Origin: Candidatus Poribacteria bacterium
Lineage (GTDB): Bacteria; Poribacteria; WGA-4E; PCPOR2b
Direction: 5' to 3'
NCBI GenBank assembly: GCA_965198175.1
Contig: OZ240245.1
Coordinates: 2,304,001-2,368,000, forward strand
DNA length: 64,000 bases
The position numbers and the translations under genes were made by a program. The notes beneath the pieces are model-generated. The model had not been told where the DNA came from. It did no database searches and saw only the letters and a program-made list of their open reading frames with translations. This document shows, piece after piece, positions 20,023 through 27,956 of the stretch (within the stretch, counting starts at the first letter, position 1; each line of letters opens with the position of its first letter).

Positions 20023-21543
20023 ATGAGAATAGATTTAAATGACGTGCTTCAGCGTTCATCAAGCGTGCAAGTGCAAGCCCACTGGGAACCGATTGCGGAT
20101 TCTTCGTTTAATCTACACAACGAGTTCCCCGAACACGCTGAGTTGTTCGATCTGTCTCCAAACTACCCCATCAAAGAATATGAGTCAGGTGCTTTCAAAG
20201 CTTTTCTTCCCTCATCGTCCGTATCAGTGGGAGATGTATGGGAACTTGATTCGGAGGGCGTTGTTCTGTTCCTTCGCCAATTCCACCCGGGGGCAACGAC
20301 AGCTTTATTTCAAGGCAAGGAAGGTGCCTTCGCGTGCTTACGTGCCCGTTCGGCAGAGTATGCGGAAATTACTTTCCGAATTCATGCGGATTTCACGTTG
20401 TCGAGTATCGCGTATGAAGAATGGAGGCGTGCAGATTCGTTGAAGGAAGATGAGGGTAAGGCCCGCTTTATCCCATCACAGTTTGCGGGGCGATTGGTAG
20501 TCAACCTAAAAGAGAGGACGGTTCGTGCGTTTTCGCTTGCGTTGCCGCCCCGCAATAGCAACGCCGACATCAATGCCTACGGTGGCGCTGATATGGTTTT
20601 TGTACCGCGCATGGAACTCCTCGCCACCGACGCCGATGACCAGGGTGAAATTGCGTGGGACATTTCCATCACTGCGGAAGAAGCACGCAGGGCGTTAGAC
20701 TTAAAGTTTTACCGGTTCGCTGAGATTGAATGGCGCCCGCTTGAAGAAGCCGTTGAACTTGCTAACGCAAAGCATCGCCCGATTCATGCTATCCTTGTCT
20801 GGGGGGCGCTAGACGACGAGTCTTGCTGAGCGAACGGCAAATACTTAAGGGCGGGTCCGCCCTCCAATTCAGAAGTGATAAAGACGCTCAACGAGAAGTT
20901 TGTAAATACCTGGGTGCTCCTAAGAGAGTTGCCAGAGCTAATAGATGGCGCAACAGGCGAAGGGGCGAGCCTCTTGGCGACTAAACTAAAACATCATTAC
21001 TCCGATTCGGTGGATGTATTGGTGCTGACCTCAGAGGCAGAGGTGCTGGCACATCAGCCGGAGATGGCACTTCCTTACAGGAGCAGGGCACAAGCCTACT
21101 TAAAGTTGCTTAATCGTTCTCTAGAAGCTTTTGAAGGAAGATATTTCTCAAAATTAGAAGCAAAACCCATCAGTCTGGGGAGGAAGTTTAAGGAAGTTCT
21201 ACATATTTTTCGCGCCTCCGGCACGCCAGATTACACGTTTGTTGACATTGACACAACCTCTTTTGAACACGATGGGATACTCCACATTGAGATACAGGTC
21301 GGTGGGGGCGAGGCGGCAGGAACGTTTGAATTATTTGATAGTGACGAGGAATTTGCCACAAATAAATCACCTGATGAAGCACTGACTGGAGCGTGGGATG
21401 TTCCGCCCGGTGGAACAGGACACATTATTCACGGTTTCAAACGGGGACAGCGCTTTAAGTTGGGGGCTACCGGGAGTAGGTCAAGCGAGAATGGGAGCAT
21501 CAACGCTTTTAGCGCATGTATTGCTGTCGTGCAGGATACCTAA
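20023..21543 (+). CDS. selN: Selenoprotein N (SELENON)-like protein, 506 aa, with Sec at in-frame TGA 20827-20829
   Basis: GGAGG RBS; the two ORF-track ORFs share one frame, separated by a single TGA; the read-through gives [43 protein letters not shown], colinear with human SELENON [43 protein letters not shown]; SECIS-like hairpin downstream. Confidence 0.85.
20848..20863 (+). promoter_or_regulatory. Bacterial SECIS-like hairpin
   Basis: AGGGCG-GGTC-CGCCCT, 18 nt after the in-frame UGA; same GGUC apex as the E. coli fdhF SECIS (GCA-GGUC-UGC). Confidence 0.75.
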
Positions 21544-21576
21544 AAGCGACAGGGAGGCGTTACGGATATCTAATTA

Positions 21577-22390
21577 GGTTCTGTTGACATTTCAACGGAG
21601 CCAGATGAGAGTAGAGACAAAACTCAGAAATCCAAAATAACGGGCAGCCAGTTTCTCGAAACGAGAGAAGATACGACGATACCATTTTATCTTGTTGATG
21701 AAACATTCAACCAGATGTCTCTCTTTGTATATATGTTTGTCATATGTTCTTTGAGCGCCACGATTACGTCGAGGCGGTATCACCGCTGTCGCTCCATTCG
21801 TCTCAATAACGTCGATAAAACTGTCCGAATCGTATCCCTTGTCGCCAATTACATGCTCGCTGTTATAGCCAACTATCAACGCTTCAGCTATGTCGTGTCT
21901 CTGACCGGGGGTTAGCTGGAGTCTAAGCGGATTACCCAGTGCGTCAACTGTGATATGAATTTTTGTGCTAAAGCCGCCCCGAGAGCGTCCTAGTGCTTGA
22001 TTGTCGGCACCTCTGTTTTTTTTGAGGCTCCAGCCGCGCATGGGTGAGCCCGGCAAATGGTAGTGTCAATAATAAGCCACTCCATATCTGGATCAGAGGC
22101 GAAGTAGCGGTGCATCTGTGTGAAGATTCCTATGTCACACCAGTTACTAAACCGCTTGTAGATGGAGTTCCAATTGCCATAGGCAGTTGGTAACAATCTC
22201 CATTGAGCACCGCTACGAGTCACCCACAGGACGGCTTCGACGAATCGTCAAGTCGCAGTTTCGTTTCGGACATAGATGTTGGAACAGCTTAGAAGAAACT
22301 GGTATATCTTTCTCCATCGGTCATCACGTAAGGTTATTGGCATCATTCTTCTATTATGCCACAACCTTATAACCAAATGTCAACAGAACC
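21577..22390 (-). mobile_element. IS5-family insertion sequence (about 814 bp), probably defective
   Basis: Perfect 16-bp TIRs GGTTCTGTTGACATTT / AAATGTCAACAGAACC flanked by TA on both sides; two-ORF DDE transposase. Confidence 0.92.
21592..22346 (-). pseudogene. IS5-family transposase (orfA/orfB joined by a -1 frameshift) with premature stop
   Basis: orfA from ATG 22346 has an in-frame TGA at 22248-22250, then [10 protein letters not shown]...IDTT; A8 slippery site at 22016-22023; orfB has GRSRGGFSTKIH, GDKGYD, YKERHLVE. Confidence 0.85.
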
Positions 22391-22627
22391 TAGCCTACTA
22401 GTGGGGTACCGCGTGAAAGGGCGATATGCGTGCCTGTACGAATCCGCGTTGTCAACGCGATAGATGGGGGCAAATTTTCTAGATGATGCTGACCGTACGG
22501 TGTGGAAGAAGTTTAGGGGTGGCTACGGCAAAAAAAACGATTAAGCTTAATGCCGATTCATCTCTTTCTGGACAAACAGCGAAGATAAATATTCGGGGCG
22601 TCACGCCCTTTCATTGCTATCACCTCT

Positions 22628-23896
22628 TCATTTCAACGTCTGCAATACATCAAAGTAAGTCGGAAAGGTTTTATTGACACAACTTGGATTTTTTATCCGA
22701 ATGCCCGGCACCTTCAAGCCAATCAGGGAGAAACTCATGGCAATTCGGTGGTCGTTATACGTGTCAATTGCCGCAGGAGTAATCCTTGATGGTGAAATCT
22801 CAACACCGTCCTTATGTTCAACAACATGCACACCGAGCTTCCGTAGTTCCGTAACCGTGGCGTGAATGCGATCTGTTTCTTGCCAGCGGGTATGCTCAAT
22901 ATTGCGGATGCTCACTTTACCGTCCACAAATGGGGCGATTACAGCCAGCGTAGGCCAGGTGTCTGAGATTGAGTTCATGTCTATATCGATTCCCTTAAGC
23001 TGCTTCGTCCCAACCACTTCGCACCCGTCAACATACCGATTGACCTGACAACCCATCTTTTGCAGCACATCGACGAAATGGACATCTCCTTGAACGGAAT
23101 CCACGCTGAGGTTATCTATCCGGACTCGCCCCCCTGTGAGAGCAGCGGCGGCAAAGAAATAAGAGGCGCTAGAGGCGTCAGATTCAATGGTGTATTGACA
23201 AGGTTGATACTGCTGTCCACCTTCAATATGGAAGAATCGGTAGTTATCGTGGGTCACATTCACACTGAACGCCTTCATCACCGACAGAGTGATGTCAATA
23301 TACGGTGTTTTGAGTTTATCTGTGATTTCGACCTCTATACCTTTTCTAGTATAAGGAGCAACGAGCATCAGCGATGTCAAGAACTGGCTGCTTTCGTTTG
23401 TGTTCAGTCGAGTTTTTCCACCCTCAAATCCATTCGCATGAACAATGACGGGCAGGTATCCGTTGTCGAATTGTGGGCGGACATCAACGCCGAGCTGCCG
23501 GAGGGCATTGAGCAGATTAGCGATTGGACGCGCTCGGCGCATCGGTTCATCGCCATCAATGACGAAAGTGCCTTTGCCAAGCGCAACATAGCTCACAAGT
23601 GAGCGCGATGTGGTTCCGGAATTACCGATGTAGAGTTCAGCATGATTGACAGGAATCTTGCCGCCCTTGCCGGTAATTTCAAATGTGGTCCGTTTTTCGT
23701 CAGCTTCGATCTCGACCCCGAGTTGGCGCAAGGCTTCGCACATATTGTGGGTGTCATCGCTGAATAGTGCTCCAGTCAGTCGAGAACGTCCTTCAGCAAG
23801 CGCAGCAACTAACAGTGCCCGGTTTGTGTAGCTCTTTGAACCAGGCACTGTGACAGTGGCATCAATTGCTTTCTGAACAGCGTGAATTTCGATCAT
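22628..23896 (-). CDS. aroA: 3-phosphoshikimate 1-carboxyvinyltransferase (EPSP synthase)
   Basis: PGSKS, GNSGTT, SSQF, ETDR, DHRIAM, KTFP. Confidence 0.97.
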   Translation of the reverse strand: MIEIHAVQKAIDATVTVPGSKSYTNRALLVAALAEGRSRLTGALFSDDTHNMCEALRQLGVEIEADEKRTTFEITGKGGKIPVNHAELYIGNSGTTSRSLVSYVALGKGTFVIDGDEPMRRARPIANLLNALRQLGVDVRPQFDNGYLPVIVHANGFEGGKTRLNTNESSQFLTSLMLVAPYTRKGIEVEITDKLKTPYIDITLSVMKAFSVNVTHDNYRFFHIEGGQQYQPCQYTIESDASSASYFFAAAALTGGRVRIDNLSVDSVQGDVHFVDVLQKMGCQVNRYVDGCEVVGTKQLKGIDIDMNSISDTWPTLAVIAPFVDGKVSIRNIEHTRWQETDRIHATVTELRKLGVHVVEHKDGVEISPSRITPAAIDTYNDHRIAMSFSLIGLKVPGIRIKNPSCVNKTFPTYFDVLQTLK

Positions 23897-24047
23897 GTTT
23901 TTGCCGCGTGAAATGGGCTGAATTTGTGAATGCTTCGTACCGGCTTGTTTTTCCCATGAAACCTTGTGTCATTAACGAGTCCACTAGATGAAAAGTTGAG
24001 TTTTACCTAACATAGCCCCATAATCAGCCGGAAAATATCTCATGCAT

Positions 24048-24944
24048 TCAGACCAATCCATGTTCCGTCAATAGCTTACTCAACTCACCTTTCGCTGCCT
24101 CATTGAGCGGTAGAAGAGGACTCGTTGTGTAATCATGGCAGATGTCGAGGACTTGCATGCAGGCTTTCATACAACTGACTCCCGCGCCATAGGTGTAGAG
24201 TTTGCTCAGCTTTAGCAATCGTTCCTGCAAACGATGAACTTCATTGATATTTCGATTTTTCGCCGCGTCATACAACTGGACGGAGGTTCTCGGATCAATG
24301 TTCGATATCGAGATTACTGCGCCTTCCGCACCGAATGTAATTGCTGCACCTGCCATTGTGTATGATCCAATCAGAATCGAAAAACGTTCATCATCCCCTA
24401 GATAGGTCAACAGTTTCAGGAAATTTGTCCAATCTCCTGAACTATCCTTAATCCCAACAATGTTGTTATGTTGTTCCGCCAAATCTCGGACAATCTCTGG
24501 CTGAATCATGGTTTTGACCATCATCGGAATGTTGTAAATGACAAAGGGGAGATCGGTGCTTTGGGCGACGGAACTGTAAAATATCTTGATGTCATCGTCA
24601 TCGCTTGATGGGTAGTAGAATGGGGGTGTTGCGGCAACTGCATCAACCTTGAGTTCCTGCGCCATTTCGACATTTTGAATTACGCGCCGGGTACTCGAAT
24701 CCATTGCCCCACAGATGATCGGCACACGTCCACCGATTGTGTTGACCGCAATCTCGATTGCGCGTTGACGTTCCGCATTAGTAAGCGAAACGAACTCACC
24801 GGAACTGCCCAGCAAGTAGATGCCGTGTACACCGTTGTCTATTAAACGGTTGAGATGTCTCACGAACCCTATCTCATCAACTCGTTCTTTCTCGTCTAGC
24901 GGCGTTATCGTCGGTGTAAAAATGCCTTCAAATCGTACGTCCAT
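24048..24944 (-). CDS. Dihydrodipicolinate synthase-family aldolase/lyase
   Basis: LGSSGE, PPFYY, YNIP, GIKDSSG Schiff-base Lys. Confidence 0.92.
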   Translation of the reverse strand: MDVRFEGIFTPTITPLDEKERVDEIGFVRHLNRLIDNGVHGIYLLGSSGEFVSLTNAERQRAIEIAVNTIGGRVPIICGAMDSSTRRVIQNVEMAQELKVDAVAATPPFYYPSSDDDDIKIFYSSVAQSTDLPFVIYNIPMMVKTMIQPEIVRDLAEQHNNIVGIKDSSGDWTNFLKLLTYLGDDERFSILIGSYTMAGAAITFGAEGAVISISNIDPRTSVQLYDAAKNRNINEVHRLQERLLKLSKLYTYGAGVSCMKACMQVLDICHDYTTSPLLPLNEAAKGELSKLLTEHGLV

Positions 24945-24979
24945 AATGTTACTCTCCTCAAATAATGAATGCTGAACTT

Positions 24980-25008
24980 AGTTTAACAGAATATTAGCCG
25001 CATGTCAA
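24980..25008 (-). promoter_or_regulatory. Sigma70 promoter of the dapA-like gene
   Basis: Minus strand TTGACA-17 bp-TAAACT. Confidence 0.65.
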
Positions 25009-25068
25009 TAACTTGAATTGCCCTTTATTTTCATAAATAGAATGTCTGTTACTTGTCCGAAAGGATTG

Positions 25069-25132
25069 TTGACTTGCCCAATAATCTGTGGTATGATTGA
25101 ATCTGTCAGATAGTCAACTTCGTTGTCAGATA
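25069..25132 (+). promoter_or_regulatory. Sigma70 promoter of the RLP operon plus tandem operator
   Basis: TTGACT(25069)-17 bp-TATGAT(25092) with TGn; TGTCAGATA at 25104 and 25124. Confidence 0.7.
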
Positions 25133-25213
25133 ACACTGTTACCATCTTCGTTTTTATCACCTAAACGGTTATAACTTTCGGAATTTCAGATTCATAACAC
25201 CTGAGAATACAAC

Positions 25214-26647
25214 ATGGTACCTGTCGAAGCCACAAAACTTGATGTTCTCTGGCGAGACGCAGACACGCGTGAGACGTGCCTCCGTGAGATCGTGGGAGAG
25301 CGACTTACTGCAACTCCGCCACCAACTTTAGACGACCACATCGTGGCAACCTACTTTTTGGCGCTCCGCACAATGAAACTAGAGGAAGTAGCCGAAGAAA
25401 TTAGCTATCATGCCACCAGCGGTGTCAGACACCCGCCCGCGGGTTCTTTATTGGAAGAATGCACTGCCATGGCTGTCGGTGTTGATGCATTCGATCCCAG
25501 TGGACAGCTGGGTTTGTTGCACATGGCTTTTCCCCTGAAATTGATGTGTCAGCCAGACGGTCATTTGACCTCTTGTGATCTGCTACACACAATGGCAGGG
25601 GCAATTATTTTTGATGTTTTTGAAAATCAAGATGCCCGACTAGTTTCCTTGAGTATCCCGGAGGAGGTTATCCAAACCTTCCCAGGACCTGCACATGGTC
25701 TGGGAGGGGTTCGGCGGCTCACAGGATTTGCGTCAACCCAACCTGCTTTTGGCACGATTCTAAAACCGACCGCTGGAATTACGCCGGACGAGGTTGGAAA
25801 GCTGGTCGAGGAAGTGGCGAGATGTTCTCTGTTTCTCTTCGTGAAGGAAGACGAAAACCTCTATCCCAACCTCGATTATTCTCCAGTCGCCGAACGAACA
25901 CGCCAAGCTGTAGCTGCGATTGAGCGCGCCCGGGATGAGCGTGGGGGACTCGGGCTCATTTTCGCACCGCATATCAGCGGCGCCCCCCATGAAATCCTCG
26001 ACACGGTTTACGCCGTGCTTGACGCAGGTACCAGCGGTGTCATGTTCAGCGAGACCTTTGCCGGTGGTACGGTTCGCATGGTGCGTGAGGCGACAAAACA
26101 CCTCAGCACACCGCCTATCATCTATGGCCACAACGCGGGGATTGGTGTGAAGACGCGGGCGATTTGGCGCGAGATTATCGATCTGTTCGCACGGCTTGAT
26201 GGGATTGATTTCCGCCAGACATCGCCGGTACGACCGGGAATTCCCTTCCTGCGTCCATATGGCGCAGAATGGGAGGCATCGGAGGAAATTCTTACCCGTC
26301 CTCTGTCAGGTATTCACCCGACCGCAATCGTTCGCGCGGGTTCACTAGATCAGGGTAACATTTGCCTCAACCTTGCTGATGCTGAGAAGCGCGAATGTCT
26401 TGAAAATGTCATGTTTATGGCAGGGTCAGCCATTCACTCCATCAAGAATTCAGCGGGCAAACCCGACCCGAAAATTGGAGTGGAAGCGATGCTGCAAGCC
26501 ATTGAGGTTCATCGCTCTGGTGAATTGCGCGCCCTACCTATGGAAGAACACGTCGTTGCGCTAGCGACCTGTGCAGAGCGCAAACAACTCAAGGCTTTAC
26601 GAGAAGCGCTGCGTCAACGCTATCCTGACATAGTCACATCGCCTTAG
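25214..26647 (+). CDS. RuBisCO-like protein (form IV RLP)
   Basis: FPGP, GTILKP, KEDE (carbamylated-Lys motif), GHNAG; lacks K177 and the form I-III loop signatures. Confidence 0.88.
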   Translation: MVPVEATKLDVLWRDADTRETCLREIVGERLTATPPPTLDDHIVATYFLALRTMKLEEVAEEISYHATSGVRHPPAGSLLEECTAMAVGVDAFDPSGQLGLLHMAFPLKLMCQPDGHLTSCDLLHTMAGAIIFDVFENQDARLVSLSIPEEVIQTFPGPAHGLGGVRRLTGFASTQPAFGTILKPTAGITPDEVGKLVEEVARCSLFLFVKEDENLYPNLDYSPVAERTRQAVAAIERARDERGGLGLIFAPHISGAPHEILDTVYAVLDAGTSGVMFSETFAGGTVRMVREATKHLSTPPIIYGHNAGIGVKTRAIWREIIDLFARLDGIDFRQTSPVRPGIPFLRPYGAEWEASEEILTRPLSGIHPTAIVRAGSLDQGNICLNLADAEKRECLENVMFMAGSAIHSIKNSAGKPDPKIGVEAMLQAIEVHRSGELRALPMEEHVVALATCAERKQLKALREALRQRYPDIVTSP

Positions 26648-26657
26648 TAATGATGAA

Positions 26658-27749
26658 TTGATTCAAACACCTAATATGAACAGAGAAACACGGCGTTTGC
26701 GTATCGGCGTATTGGGTTGCGGCGCCGTTGCGCAGATTGCACATCTTGATGCCTGCCGCAAAGCCCACAACGCAGAGCTCTATGCTATCTGCGATGTTGC
26801 TGAAGACTTACTGGCAAAAATGTCCGTTGTCCACGAACCGCGAGTCGTCTATCGGGATTACGAAGACATGCTAGCTGACCCGCGGGTGGAAGCGGTTATC
26901 ATAGCGGTAGCCGATCAATTTCATGTGCCCCTTGCATACCAAGCGGTTGACGCGGGTAAGCACCTATTCGTCGAAAAACCTCTCGGCGTGAACGTCGAAG
27001 AATGTGAAGATTTGTTGAATCGGATTCAAAACACGGGGCTAGTGCTGCAAATAGGGCACAACAGGCGTTTCGATCCCGCTATCGCCTACGGTCGGTCATT
27101 TATCAAAGAAGAGCTAGGACATATCGTTGCGCTCAAGTCGTGGTATTACGATTCGACCGACCGTTACACGATGACCGACAACTTACATCCAATCCCTGTG
27201 ACGAGCAAGTGCGTCAAGCGCCCCGAAGGCAATCCAAAGGCGGACAGATACCAATATTTCATACTCGGACACGGCAGCCATCTTGTGGACACCGCGCGTT
27301 TTCTCGGCGGAGAGATTGTGAGCGTCCGTGCTCGGTTTCTTGAGCGTTTTGGGACCTACTGCTGGTTTGTGAGCGTAGAATTCGCCAATGGCAGTCTAGG
27401 ACACTTCGAACTAATCATCGCTATACGCGGAGATTTCGAGGAAGGTTTCCGGGTCCTCGGTGAACACGGCAGCGTCCGGGGGAGAATGTTTCTGCCTTGG
27501 TACCACAAGTCTGGACACGTTGAGTGCTTCTCCGTAAAAGATGGTTTGTTTCGTCGTCCACTGGGTGCGGACGCCTATACCTACAAACTGCAAATTGAGG
27601 GGTTTGCAGATACGATTCTTAATGGGGCTCCTATGCATGGCGCGGGAATTGAGGATGGAGTGGCTGCCATGCGGGCGATGGTCGCCATCGCCCGCTCAGT
27701 AAAAACCGGCGAAAGCGTTCGGTTAGCAGATGTTACTGGAGCAGTCTAA
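26658..27749 (+). CDS. Gfo/Idh/MocA family oxidoreductase
   Basis: IGVLGCG, VEKP, GHNRRFDP, HGSHLVD. Confidence 0.93.
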   Translation: MIQTPNMNRETRRLRIGVLGCGAVAQIAHLDACRKAHNAELYAICDVAEDLLAKMSVVHEPRVVYRDYEDMLADPRVEAVIIAVADQFHVPLAYQAVDAGKHLFVEKPLGVNVEECEDLLNRIQNTGLVLQIGHNRRFDPAIAYGRSFIKEELGHIVALKSWYYDSTDRYTMTDNLHPIPVTSKCVKRPEGNPKADRYQYFILGHGSHLVDTARFLGGEIVSVRARFLERFGTYCWFVSVEFANGSLGHFELIIAIRGDFEEGFRVLGEHGSVRGRMFLPWYHKSGHVECFSVKDGLFRRPLGADAYTYKLQIEGFADTILNGAPMHGAGIEDGVAAMRAMVAIARSVKTGESVRLADVTGAV

Positions 27750-27956
27750 TGCAAATCCACTAGCCGAGTACACAAAAACTTATCACTAGTTAGAACAATT
27801 ACGGGGTGGGTGGAAAATATTCGCCAGTTTTAAACGAGCAGTACCCGCCAACGAATTAGAACATCCCGCTGATAACCCGTCTAATCGAGCATCTAGGTAA
27901 TCGACCGTAGGGCAATAGATTGAATACCAAAAGACAATAACAAATCAACCGTTAAG

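Noticed and set aside
20875..21543. Independent 222-aa gene starting at GTG 20875
   Set aside because: No clear RBS, and SELENON similarity runs continuously across the upstream TGA
22248..22250. In-frame TGA in the IS5 transposase as a second Sec codon
   Set aside because: Not a redox-Cys context (Arg expected) and no SECIS-like hairpin recognised; best read as a nonsense mutation
25214..26647. Carbon-fixing RuBisCO
   Set aside because: Lacks K177 and the canonical GxDFxKDDE motif; no small subunit or phosphoribulokinase nearby
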